Origin: Ruminococcus albus 7 = DSM 20455
GTDB lineage: Bacteria; Bacillota; Clostridia; Oscillospirales; Ruminococcaceae
Reading direction: 5' to 3'
Length of the DNA: 32,000 nucleotides
NCBI RefSeq assembly: GCF_000179635.2
Contig: NC_014833.1
Location: 780,001-812,000 of the forward strand
Shown: positions 16,539 to 26,231 of the stretch, one piece after another
How positions within the stretch are numbered: the stretch's first letter is position 1
How the letters are laid out: each line of letters opens with the position of its first letter
Notes under the pieces: generated by a model
Told to the model about the DNA's origin: nothing
Database searches by the model: none
The model's input: only the letters and a program-made list of their open reading frames with translations
Made by a program: the position numbers and the translations under genes

Positions 16539-16775
16539 ATGGCTCGAATGGATATTGAACACATTAGTTTTTTAAATAAAGAACGTAATACAGTTCACGA
16601 AAAAGTATCGACAACATATACTTCTTTTACTCATAATGGCAGAAAATATGTTCAATTTGATACTTATGGTCGTTCTGATCGAGAAAATCCTGGTAAGATA
16701 AGTCAATCCTTTCAAATTGATAAAGAAACAGCAGAATACTTATTAAAAATATTAAAAAAGGAATTTGATTTGTAA
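16539..16775 (+). CDS. Small protein (78 aa), first gene of the GHKL/Z1/AIPR operon (possible MzaA equivalent)
   Basis: AAGGTGGG RBS precedes ATG 16539. The stop lies 15 nt before the next gene. The listed start at 16500 lies inside the promoter. Confidence 0.6.
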   Translation: MARMDIEHISFLNKERNTVHEKVSTTYTSFTHNGRKYVQFDTYGRSDRENPGKISQSFQIDKETAEYLLKILKKEFDL

Positions 16776-16790
16776 TTATGGAGGGTTATT

Positions 16791-18257
16791 ATGAAATATG
16801 AAAATATGCCCCCTTATGCTCCAGTTTTAATGGAATCAACTAGAGCCATTGGTTATAATCTTGAAGCGGCTGTTGCAGATATTGTTGATAATAGCATAGC
16901 AGCTATGGCATCTGAAGTAAATATTTTTTTCTCACCATATGACGCTGTTCCTTATGTTACATTTTTAGATGACGGTGTTGGAATGAATGAGACGGAGATA
17001 AATAATGCAATGCGTTATGGAAGCAAGAGTTCTCTTGATGAACGTGATAGAACTGATCTGGGCAGATTTGGTTTGGGATTAAAAACAGCTTCACTTTCAC
17101 AGTGCCGGTCGTTAACGGTTATTTCAAAGCAGAATACAAGAGTTGAAGGCAGAAAATGGGATCTTGACAGCGTTTATACCAGCGGTGAATGGTCACTTAT
17201 TGTTTTAGATGAATCTGATATTAAATCTATTCCACAGTATAAACAACTGGAATCTTTTTCGCATGGTACTCTTATAATATGGGAAAAACTAGATAGAATG
17301 CTTGAAGGGGCTGCATCTCCCGAAAAGCTGATGAATAAAAAAATAGATGATGTCAGAGAGCATCTTGCCCTTGTTTTTCATCGATATATATCCGGAGAAT
17401 CTGGTATTCAGAAGTTAAAAATTTCGATTAATAATTTTGAGATCAAAGCTAAAGATCCGTTTCTAATAGGCAGAAGTACTGTGTTTCAGCATGATGAAAA
17501 GCTTTCAATTGAAGGTGAACAGGTGCTGGTGTCGGCATATATGCTGCCGCATATCAGCAAAATGACCCGAGCGGAAAAAGAAGCTTTAGGTGGCAGTGAA
17601 GGGTTGACTAAGAACCAGGGTTTCTATGTTTATCGAAATAAACGCTTATTGGTATGGGGAACATGGTTTAGAATGCACAGAAAAGATGAGCTTTCTAAAC
17701 TAGCGAGAATAAGAGTTGATATCCCTAATTCTCTTGATCACCTCTGGACCTTGGATATCAGGAAATCAACTGCAGTTCCACCCGATGTAATAAAACGTAA
17801 TCTGGAAAGAATAGTGGAGAGAATTTCCAATGGAAGCAAACGTGCATGGACTTTTAGAGGCAAACGGGAAATAAGTGATCAGGGGTGTCATCTTTGGAAT
17901 AAGGAACAAGCCCGAGAAGGTGTACAATATGTTCTCAACAGAGATCATGTTTTTTTGAAAATGCTTTCTGAGTCTTTGGATTCCGATCAGAAACACATTT
18001 TATTCAGTTACTTAAAGCTGGTTGAGGGAAACCTTCCTTTGAATCAGCTATATGTTGATCTCAACAATGAAGAAAGAGTCAATGTTCGCAAAGAAAAAGA
18101 TGCAGAAGCTGAGGCAATGGATTTTGCAAAAATAATTCTTGAAAACATAAAAGACAGTTCGTCAAGAAAAGAGCAGATCCAACTTATGCTTCAAACTGAT
18201 CCGTTCTGCAATTATAAAAGTATAGTCGAGATGCTTACTATGGAGTATGAATTATGA
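16791..18257 (+). CDS. GHKL (Bergerat-fold) ATPase, MORC/MutL-like (HATPase_c_3 type)
   Basis: The N box is AVADIVDNSIAA, G1 is FLDDGVGM and G2 is GRFGLGLKTAS. Confidence 0.85.
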   Translation: MKYENMPPYAPVLMESTRAIGYNLEAAVADIVDNSIAAMASEVNIFFSPYDAVPYVTFLDDGVGMNETEINNAMRYGSKSSLDERDRTDLGRFGLGLKTASLSQCRSLTVISKQNTRVEGRKWDLDSVYTSGEWSLIVLDESDIKSIPQYKQLESFSHGTLIIWEKLDRMLEGAASPEKLMNKKIDDVREHLALVFHRYISGESGIQKLKISINNFEIKAKDPFLIGRSTVFQHDEKLSIEGEQVLVSAYMLPHISKMTRAEKEALGGSEGLTKNQGFYVYRNKRLLVWGTWFRMHRKDELSKLARIRVDIPNSLDHLWTLDIRKSTAVPPDVIKRNLERIVERISNGSKRAWTFRGKREISDQGCHLWNKEQAREGVQYVLNRDHVFLKMLSESLDSDQKHILFSYLKLVEGNLPLNQLYVDLNNEERVNVRKEKDAEAEAMDFAKIILENIKDSSSRKEQIQLMLQTDPFCNYKSIVEMLTMEYEL

Positions 18258-21037
18258 ATGATTTTGAAATGTTTGAAAAAATGGTCAGAGTAAAAATACA
18301 GGATTTAGCGCCTAACCGTACACCTATGGAAGAGGAGCTGAAAGAAGCCTGTGAATTCGTAAAGCCTATGTTCCCAAAAATTTCAGAACAGGAAATTGAT
18401 AATCTGATTAAAAAGCTGCAGTCAGTTCTTGATGTTGATATGGATATTGGAGTGTACATTGAAAGCGAGTATGAACCGTGGCTTAAGGATCTGAAAAGAA
18501 AACAAAGCTCAAATCCAGATTATTGGTTTTATTGGAATAGATATGTTAAGTATCTGGAAGAAGATATGCAGCGCCCGTCAACTATTATTGCGTCAATTGA
18601 TGATGTTTCAGACCGAATAGTTGACTTGGCAGGTAATCCGAAGGCGGAAGGAGCACTTCATAGGCGCGGTCTCATAATAGGAGATGTTCAGTCAGGAAAG
18701 ACTGCAAACTATATCGCAATAATGAATAAGGCTGCGGATGTTGGTTATAAGGTTATTGTCTTGCTTACCGGTACTATTGAAAGCCTGCGCCGACAGACAC
18801 AAGAACGTGTTGATGAGGGTTTCATTGGACGAAGCAGTAAAGCTTTTTTGAATAAAAGCCGTCAAACTGTAAAAAAAGGAGTAGGTTTAAAGGATGCAAG
18901 GCATTTTGCTACAGGATTTACTACTGAGTCAAGTGACTTCAGGAAGGCAACTCTGCAAAGCATGAATGTAAGCCTGAAGAATATGACAAATGAACCGGTA
19001 GTGTTGGTTTTAAAGAAAAATGCCAGAACACTGACAAATCTTATTGATTGGCTTGGAGATAACAAATCTGCCAGCGGTAAGATTGATCTTCCTTTACTGC
19101 TGATTGATGATGAGGCAGATAATGCTTCAATCAACACTAAAGATGATAATAGCCCAACGGCAATCAACAAAAATATTAGAACGTTACTTAATATGTTTAC
19201 ATCAAGTTCCTACATTGCAGTAACAGCTACACCGTTTGCTAATATTTTTATTCTGCCGGAAAAAACCGAGGAGATGGAAAACGATGATCTGTTTCCTTCA
19301 AACTATATCTATGCTCTTGATGCACCGACAAATTATATAGGCTGCAATGAGATATTTGGAGATAATGCACCATTTGAAAAATCGCTGATAACCATTGATG
19401 ATGCAGATGCGTGTTTCCCATATAAGCATAAACAGCATATTCCTGTTGAGACACTTCCGGAAAGTTTATATGAAGCTTTGAGATATTTCATTTTAGCAAA
19501 TGTAGTTCGCGACATCAGAGATGATTCTAGTGCACATAGATCTATGCTTGTAAATGTCAGCAGGTTCACTGCTGTTCAGGATAAAGTAAGCGACAGAATT
19601 AAGGAATGGCTGTTTGAAATCAAACGTGATATTCAAAGCTATTGTCAAATGGATGAGGATGCAGCTTGTCAGAATCCTAATATAAGCAAATTGCGTGATA
19701 TGTGGTATAAATCTGATTATCCATTCTTTAATAATACATCTATTCCTTGGAACAGGGTTCAGAAGGAATTTCTTATGGCTGCTGCACAAATAGAGGTTCG
19801 TACTATAAATCAAAGAAGCAGCAGCAAGATACTTGATTATGCAGAATATGATGACAGCGGATTGAGAGTTATTGCTGTCGGAGGACTCAGTTTATCAAGA
19901 GGATTGACTTTAGAAGGACTTATGGTAAGCTATTTCCACCGTAACAGCCAAATGTATGATACTCTCATGCAAATGGGGCGTTGGTTTGGTTATAGAGAAG
20001 GGTATAAAGACTTGTTCCGTATATGGATGCCTGATGATGCGATTGGTTGGTATTCGCACATCACAAGTGCATCAAATGAACTGCGTGAAGAGATACTCCG
20101 TATGAACAGAATAGGTGCGGAACCAAAGGATTTCGGATTAAAGGTTCGTGCTCATCCGACTACCCTTATCATTACCGCTAAGAATAAAATGAAGCATTCT
20201 GAAAAAGTGGAAAGATGGATTACACTTGACGGAGAATTCTTTGAGACTCCAAGATTCCAGCCAAGCATCGAAGTGATCAGGAACAATAGAAAAGTAACAG
20301 ATGAAATTGTCCAAAAGATAATTACAAAATGTGGAGAACCTGTTGATTCTGGAAATCAGCCGCTGTTTTGGAATAATGTTCCGTCTGAAATCATCTGTGA
20401 GTTTTTAAGAAGATATAATTCTCATCCGATGAACATGGAGGCAAATGGCAACACATTAATAAAGTATATTAATGCAAACTCTCAATTCAGCACATGGGAT
20501 GTTCTTGTTACTACTAATAAAAATACAAAAGAATCACATAAAATATGTACTTGTTCTATTCATCCGACAAAGCGTCCGTTTGCAGACAAGCCTGTTAAGT
20601 ACAGTGCATACGGCACTAAATTGAGAATAGGAACAATGGGCTTGACGAAGCATGGTTTAAGTGAAAGTGAACTTAAAAAAGCAGAAGTGGAATTCAGAGA
20701 ACTGAAACGTTCTGAATACGAGAAAAAATATGGCAAAGATGCAAAAGACAAGCTTAGCTCTATGAATTTCCCAGACAGAGCATATCTGATTAAAGGCAGA
20801 CATCCTATTTTGGTAATACATTATCTTGTACCTGATTTGGAGAAAAGCACTAAGATATTAGGTTTCGATATGGATAAAGATCTGCTTGTTGGATATGGAA
20901 TGGGTTTTCCGAGATCTGCTGGGTCCGAGCCAACTTCTGCTGTTTATTACCTGAACCTTGTAGAGCAGCGTAAATACATGGATGTGGATGATGAAACGGA
21001 GGAGGATCAGTTTGATGACGACGACGGAGATTTCTGA
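18254..21037 (+). CDS. Z1-domain SF2-like ATPase
   Basis: Walker A is GDVQSGKT (nt 18680-18703) and the Walker B/DEAD-like box is LLLIDDEADNAS. VTATPFAN and QMGRWFGYR (motif VI-like) follow. An ATGA start/stop overlap links it to the GHKL gene. Confidence 0.8.
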   Translation: MNDFEMFEKMVRVKIQDLAPNRTPMEEELKEACEFVKPMFPKISEQEIDNLIKKLQSVLDVDMDIGVYIESEYEPWLKDLKRKQSSNPDYWFYWNRYVKYLEEDMQRPSTIIASIDDVSDRIVDLAGNPKAEGALHRRGLIIGDVQSGKTANYIAIMNKAADVGYKVIVLLTGTIESLRRQTQERVDEGFIGRSSKAFLNKSRQTVKKGVGLKDARHFATGFTTESSDFRKATLQSMNVSLKNMTNEPVVLVLKKNARTLTNLIDWLGDNKSASGKIDLPLLLIDDEADNASINTKDDNSPTAINKNIRTLLNMFTSSSYIAVTATPFANIFILPEKTEEMENDDLFPSNYIYALDAPTNYIGCNEIFGDNAPFEKSLITIDDADACFPYKHKQHIPVETLPESLYEALRYFILANVVRDIRDDSSAHRSMLVNVSRFTAVQDKVSDRIKEWLFEIKRDIQSYCQMDEDAACQNPNISKLRDMWYKSDYPFFNNTSIPWNRVQKEFLMAAAQIEVRTINQRSSSKILDYAEYDDSGLRVIAVGGLSLSRGLTLEGLMVSYFHRNSQMYDTLMQMGRWFGYREGYKDLFRIWMPDDAIGWYSHITSASNELREEILRMNRIGAEPKDFGLKVRAHPTTLIITAKNKMKHSEKVERWITLDGEFFETPRFQPSIEVIRNNRKVTDEIVQKIITKCGEPVDSGNQPLFWNNVPSEIICEFLRRYNSHPMNMEANGNTLIKYINANSQFSTWDVLVTTNKNTKESHKICTCSIHPTKRPFADKPVKYSAYGTKLRIGTMGLTKHGLSESELKKAEVEFRELKRSEYEKKYGKDAKDKLSSMNFPDRAYLIKGRHPILVIHYLVPDLEKSTKILGFDMDKDLLVGYGMGFPRSAGSEPTSAVYYLNLVEQRKYMDVDDETEEDQFDDDDGDF

Positions 21038-21950
21038 TCTTTGGAAAGTAATTAGTGTTAATACTGGAGTTACTACCGCAAGGCGAATTGATGCTGAGCA
21101 TCCTTTGGATTTTTTTGCATCATATGACGAAGAAAACAGAATGCAGCTTCTGCTGATATCGGATATCCTTCCGGTCCTGCCTAATTCCAGCAAACAAATC
21201 TTAGTGCGTGCAAACCCGAGAAATGATGGCAAATTTGCAATTTGCTTTTCACTTACTGATTCTGCTTTGAAGGAGCTGTTTTTTTCACTAACTTGGGATA
21301 TAATGAATTGTACTTATGATATCTCTGATCGTCATGTCGGAATTAATAAAGCTGTAAGCAGATTCAAAAAATGGCAAAAGATGTTTGCTGCTTCAAAGGA
21401 TAAGATGTCAAGTACTCAAGTCAAGGGATTGATTGGAGAACTCATTTTACTTAGGGATATATGTATTGATAAATATGGCGTAAAGAAAGCTATTGAGGGC
21501 TGGGTTGGTCCGCTTGGAACTGATCAGGATTTTCAGTTCGATGATACGTGGTATGAAGCGAAAGCAGTGTCTGCCAGCATGGATAAAGTTAACATTTCAT
21601 CTTTTGAACAGTTTGAAAGTGACAAGGACGGTTTTTTGATTGTTAACAGAATTGAAAATACATCACCTTTAGATCCGGATAGTTTTACACTTAAAACGTT
21701 AACTCAAAGAATATATGATATAATTAGTAACGATGCCGATCTTAAGTCATTATTCCATATGCGTCTTATATTGTATGGATATAATGAAACAGATGATCAC
21801 TATGATGAAAGTTATAAACTCATAGCTACAGAAAAGTATTTGGTTGACGAAGCTTTTCCCAAAATAATAAGAAGCAAATTGGATGCATCAATCTGCGATG
21901 GAAGCTATGAGATAAGTATTCCAGCAATACAAGGCTGGAGAATCGTATGA
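21015..21950 (+). CDS. PD-(D/E)xK nuclease-fold protein (DUF4420-like)
   Basis: GLIGELILL...DQDFQFDDTWYEAKAV is a D...ExK-type core. GGAGGAGGA lies 7 nt upstream of ATG 21015. The gene overlaps the last 23 nt of the Z1 gene. Confidence 0.6.
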   Translation: MTTTEISDLWKVISVNTGVTTARRIDAEHPLDFFASYDEENRMQLLLISDILPVLPNSSKQILVRANPRNDGKFAICFSLTDSALKELFFSLTWDIMNCTYDISDRHVGINKAVSRFKKWQKMFAASKDKMSSTQVKGLIGELILLRDICIDKYGVKKAIEGWVGPLGTDQDFQFDDTWYEAKAVSASMDKVNISSFEQFESDKDGFLIVNRIENTSPLDPDSFTLKTLTQRIYDIISNDADLKSLFHMRLILYGYNETDDHYDESYKLIATEKYLVDEAFPKIIRSKLDASICDGSYEISIPAIQGWRIV

Positions 21951-21976
21951 TATATTAATCAGCAGGGAGTGATAAT

Positions 21977-24088
21977 ATGCAGAGCTTTGAAGAATACCGT
22001 AAGGAGTTTCTTGAAGATGCCAGATCTACAGAAGAGAGTGAAGCCATAGGTACAGTTGCCAGCTTTGTTAAGATATGTGCGCTGAAACTCTTTGAAGGTG
22101 ATGTAATTCCGGAATATAATCCCTGCTATTATAGTGGCTATGGATATAGAAATGCCATAGTTAATGTTGATGGTTATTCATATGATGAACATGACGGATC
22201 TTTTTATCTTCTCACGGCTTTGTTCTCGGGCAGTGAGCAGTCAGAAACTCTTTTGGGAAGTGATGCTAAAACCGCTCTTGACCGATGCAGAGCTTTTGCT
22301 TCAAACTCAATTGAACATGAGCTTGCAGATAAAATTGAAATAAGTACAGATGCTTATGATCTTGCTTCATACATACAGGAACAGGCAAAATATGTATCAA
22401 GATTTGTCATTGTTTTGCTGACAGATAAATCTTTGAGTGCTAGGGCAGTATTGACAGATAATTCTGATGGTAAAAAGAAAAAAAGCAAACGCAAAGGTGT
22501 ATTGGATGCAGAGCCTATATGTGATATTGATGTTGAATACCGCATTTGGGATATGGAAAGATTTTATCGTCTTTTTTCTGCAAGCGAAGGCCGTGAAGAA
22601 ATAGAAATTGATTTTAATGACTACCTTGAGGGTGGTATTCCCTGTCTGTCAGCTAATGCCGGAGACAGTGAAGACTGCAAGAGCTATTTATGTACTGTAC
22701 CGGGCGATGTAATTGCTGATCTGTACGATCAGTATGGAAGCAGGCTTCTTGAAGGAAATGTCAGATCGTTTTTAGGTAAAAGAGGTGTAAATAAAAACAT
22801 AAGAAATACTGTATTAAATGAACCAGAAAGGTTTTTTGTATATAACAATGGGCTTGCAGCGACTGCTGTTGAGGCTGATGTAGAAAATGGGAAACTGTTA
22901 AGAGCAAAAGATCTTCAGATAGTAAATGGAGGGCAAACAACAGCTACACTGTTTTCAGCAAGGAAAACCAGCGGAGCGGATCTGTCTAAGGTTTCTGTAT
23001 TAATGAAATTAACACAGGTTAATCCTGAATCGGCTGCAGAAATTGTCCCGCTAATTTCAAGAAGTGCCAATAGTCAGAATAAGGTTAATCCGGCTGATTT
23101 CTTTTCCACTCATGAATACCATATTAGACTCGAACAAATTTCCAGAAGAAAATTTGCTCCTGCAAAAGATGGGGCACAGCATGAGACGCATTGGTTTTAT
23201 GAACGTGCACGAGGTCAGTATATACAAGCAACAATGAATATGACAAAAGCTGAAGAACGAAAATTTGCAGCTCAGAATCCGAAGGATCAGATAATTACTA
23301 AAACAGACCTCGCTAAAGTACTGAATTCATGGAAAGGATTTCCACATATCGTCAGCAAGGGTGCCGAATCCAATTTTTCAGAATTTGCAAAACAAACTGA
23401 AGCCATGTGGGAAACACGCAAGGATGATTTTAATGAGAACTATTTTCAAAATGCTGTGTCAATAACCATAATGTATAGGTCTTTGGATAAACAGATACCG
23501 AAGCAATCTTGGTACGGCGGCGGATATAAAGCAAATATTGTCACATATTCGATTGCTTTGCTTCAATACTTGATAAAAAAATGGTATTCAAAGCAAACGA
23601 TTAATTTACAAAAAATATGGCAAAAACAAAAATGCCCGGATATACTGATGAATCAGCTTTTGGTTATTGCAAAAGCGGTATATTATTCGATTACTTCAGA
23701 TGATCGTCCAGTTCAAAACGTAACCCAATGGTGTAAACAAGAAAAATGCTGGGAAAAGATCAAGACTTTGGAAATAACTCCTGTTGAAGGCTTTAAAACC
23801 CTTCTTCATGGATACGAGGAAACAGAAACGATAAAAAGAGAAGCAAGAGAGATTAGAAAAATAGAAGATACGATCGATGATCAGAAAGCTGTGCTTGATT
23901 TAGGGGAACAGTATTGGATCAGGTTAGACAATTGGCTACGCAAGCATCCTCTTGCCAACAGTTATGAAACAGCTGCACTTCATAAAGCGATGAAGATTTC
24001 ACAAGGTCAGTTTCCAAATGAGAGGCAGTGTAAACTTTTGATGGAATTAAGAAAAAAGGCTGTTGGTGAAGGCTTTTCGCCAAAATAA
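21977..24088 (+). CDS. AIPR (abortive-infection phage-resistance) family protein
   Basis: FFVYNNGLAATA...LQIVNGGQTTATLF is the AIPR signature as I remember it. Confidence 0.75.
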   Translation: MQSFEEYRKEFLEDARSTEESEAIGTVASFVKICALKLFEGDVIPEYNPCYYSGYGYRNAIVNVDGYSYDEHDGSFYLLTALFSGSEQSETLLGSDAKTALDRCRAFASNSIEHELADKIEISTDAYDLASYIQEQAKYVSRFVIVLLTDKSLSARAVLTDNSDGKKKKSKRKGVLDAEPICDIDVEYRIWDMERFYRLFSASEGREEIEIDFNDYLEGGIPCLSANAGDSEDCKSYLCTVPGDVIADLYDQYGSRLLEGNVRSFLGKRGVNKNIRNTVLNEPERFFVYNNGLAATAVEADVENGKLLRAKDLQIVNGGQTTATLFSARKTSGADLSKVSVLMKLTQVNPESAAEIVPLISRSANSQNKVNPADFFSTHEYHIRLEQISRRKFAPAKDGAQHETHWFYERARGQYIQATMNMTKAEERKFAAQNPKDQIITKTDLAKVLNSWKGFPHIVSKGAESNFSEFAKQTEAMWETRKDDFNENYFQNAVSITIMYRSLDKQIPKQSWYGGGYKANIVTYSIALLQYLIKKWYSKQTINLQKIWQKQKCPDILMNQLLVIAKAVYYSITSDDRPVQNVTQWCKQEKCWEKIKTLEITPVEGFKTLLHGYEETETIKREAREIRKIEDTIDDQKAVLDLGEQYWIRLDNWLRKHPLANSYETAALHKAMKISQGQFPNERQCKLLMELRKKAVGEGFSPK

Positions 24089-24117
24089 AAATATATAGTA
24101 TAAAGGTGTAATAATCA

Positions 24118-25749
24118 ATGGAAAAATATAAGGTTGTAGATCTGTTTGCAGGTGCCGGCGGTCTAAGTTTGGGATTTGTTCAAACAAAAAAATATGAAAT
24201 AAAGGTTGCATTTGAAAACAATCCTAATATGCAGAAGACCTATAGAAGGAATCATCCTAAAGTTGATGTCAGGGGGGATGTTTGTGCGGCAGATTACAGC
24301 GAAATAAAAAGAAAATACGGAACGATTGATGTTGTTATTGGCGGACCACCGTGTCAAGGTTTCTCAAATGCAAACAGACAGAAGAACACAGCTGTTAGCC
24401 TTAACAATAAACTGGTCAAGCAGTATGTTCGAGCTGTAATTGAGCTCAGCCCTAATGCATTTATCATGGAAAATGTTAGTATGCTTAAATCTGAGGTACA
24501 TCGTTTTTATTTAGAAAAAGGCGATGAAGAATTAATCAAAGAATATAATATTAAGGTTAAAATGACTCCTCTCAAATTAGTGGATAGTCAATACTGTTTT
24601 GATGGAATTCTGGATGTCATAAATGATCAAAGCAGTATTGAGAAGTTTATTTGGCCGGAACGCTTATATCAAGAAATAAATGTTATATATAAAATAACAT
24701 CAAACCTTTCTAAATTGAAAACAACATTAGATAAACATAAAAATACTTTGCTGAAGCTTATTAATGAATATGAAAAAGCAAACAGCTTGACTGGATATAT
24801 TGCGGAATGTTCAAATAAGGCTTTTGAAACCATACGCAGCTATTATGAAAACAGGATTGATTGTTCTAATATAAAACAAGGAATAGAAAGCGCCATAATG
24901 CTTCAGAGGATGTTGTTTAAATCATTAGAAATAATAAACAATAAGATTCTCGTTGATGAATATGATACTGAAAATGGCATATCAGCCAATATACGATCAA
25001 TGGCTGTACTGGATTACATAAAAGCAATACTTGAATCTCCCAAATATGGATATAAATTAAATAGTAATGTGTTATGTGCTGCTGATTACGGTGCTCCTCA
25101 GAAACGGATGCGATTTGTGATCATGGGAATCAAGTCAAGTATTTCGAGTATACCTACATTTCCAATGCCAAAGTTCGAAGAAGATGAATATAGAACAGTT
25201 AGAGATGCGATTTCGGATATTGAGGATGTTGAGCCTGTAGTAAACATTACTGATGATGTCGGAATAGTATTAGAGAATAAAGATCTTGAAGGATTAGCTA
25301 AAAAACTGAGAGATTCTAAGAAACTATACAATCATATCATAACAGCTACGACAGAAACGGCAATGAAAAGATTCAAAGTTATTGGTCAAGGACAGAATTT
25401 TCATTCATTGTCAGATGATCTTAAATCAAATACCTATACTAATCCCAACAGGACACAGAATACTATATATACAAGGCTTAAATATGACGAACCGTCAGGA
25501 ACAGTAGTGAATGTGAGAAAGTCTATGTGGATTCATCCAACAAAAGATAGGGCATTGAGCATACGAGAGGCTGCAAGACTGCAGACATTTCCTGACAGTT
25601 TTGTCTTTTGCGGATCTAAAGACCAGCAGTATCAGCAAGTCGGCAATGCAGTTCCTCCTATAATGGCAAAAGCGATTGCAATGAAATTAAACAGGATATT
25701 GGAAAAGTCATATGGCAGACAATCACACAAAAGAAATAAGAAGTTATAA
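24118..25749 (+). CDS. dcm: DNA (cytosine-5) methyltransferase with a roughly 165-200 aa insertion between motifs VI and VIII
   Basis: Motif I is DLFAGAGGLSLGF, motif IV is GGPPCQGFS (PPCQ = nt 24346-24357) and motif VI is MENV (aa 117-120). Motif VIII is QKRMRFVIMG (aa 328-337). Motifs IX/X are RLQTFPD and GNAVPP. Confidence 0.9.
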   Translation: MEKYKVVDLFAGAGGLSLGFVQTKKYEIKVAFENNPNMQKTYRRNHPKVDVRGDVCAADYSEIKRKYGTIDVVIGGPPCQGFSNANRQKNTAVSLNNKLVKQYVRAVIELSPNAFIMENVSMLKSEVHRFYLEKGDEELIKEYNIKVKMTPLKLVDSQYCFDGILDVINDQSSIEKFIWPERLYQEINVIYKITSNLSKLKTTLDKHKNTLLKLINEYEKANSLTGYIAECSNKAFETIRSYYENRIDCSNIKQGIESAIMLQRMLFKSLEIINNKILVDEYDTENGISANIRSMAVLDYIKAILESPKYGYKLNSNVLCAADYGAPQKRMRFVIMGIKSSISSIPTFPMPKFEEDEYRTVRDAISDIEDVEPVVNITDDVGIVLENKDLEGLAKKLRDSKKLYNHIITATTETAMKRFKVIGQGQNFHSLSDDLKSNTYTNPNRTQNTIYTRLKYDEPSGTVVNVRKSMWIHPTKDRALSIREAARLQTFPDSFVFCGSKDQQYQQVGNAVPPIMAKAIAMKLNRILEKSYGRQSHKRNKKL

Positions 25750-26131
25750 TATGTCAAGGATCAGATCGGTTAATTCAAAACCCGAGCTCCTTGTAAGAAA
25801 GTATCTATTTTCAAAAGGATTTAGATACGTACTCAATGATAAACGTTATCCTGGAAAGCCGGATATCGTATTGCCAAAATATAAAACAGTTATTTTTGTG
25901 AATGGGTGTTTTTGGCATAAACATGACTGTGGAAGATTTGTTTGGCCAAAATCCAATATAGAATATTGGAGAACAAAAATAACTCGAAATGTTGAGCGCG
26001 ATAATGCTAATTATATAAAACTTTCAGAAATGGGATGGAATGTAATTGTACTGTGGGAGTGCCAGCTTAAGAAAGATACTATGACTAAAACGTTGGATGA
26101 ATTATCATTTCAATTAAAAAAGTCTATTTAA
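25712..26131 (+). CDS. vsr: Very-short-patch repair endonuclease Vsr
   Basis: EIRSYNMSRIRSVNSKPELLVRKYL...PGKPDIVLPKYKTVIFVNGCFWHKH...NIEYWRTKITRNVERD...GWNVIVLWEC. The gene overlaps the dcm 3' end by 38 nt. Confidence 0.85.
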   Translation: MADNHTKEIRSYNMSRIRSVNSKPELLVRKYLFSKGFRYVLNDKRYPGKPDIVLPKYKTVIFVNGCFWHKHDCGRFVWPKSNIEYWRTKITRNVERDNANYIKLSEMGWNVIVLWECQLKKDTMTKTLDELSFQLKKSI

Positions 26132-26231
26132 GCACCCCACAAATACATAAGATAAATTGTGCGAAAGAGGTTACTTGATTTCGAAACATGGTGGAGAGGA
26201 TACGTGGTGGAAATGAAAATCGGAGCAATAA

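Noticed and set aside
1259-21232. Short antisense or alternative-frame ORFs inside the large AT-rich genes (1259-1683, 1493-1729, 3007-3204, 3571-3822, 4239-4678, 17766-17996, 18238-18459, 18862-19813, 20560-21232).
   Set aside because: All are nested in ORFs with clear catalytic motifs. They have no start signals and give hydrophobic, low-complexity translations typical of AT-rich antisense frames.
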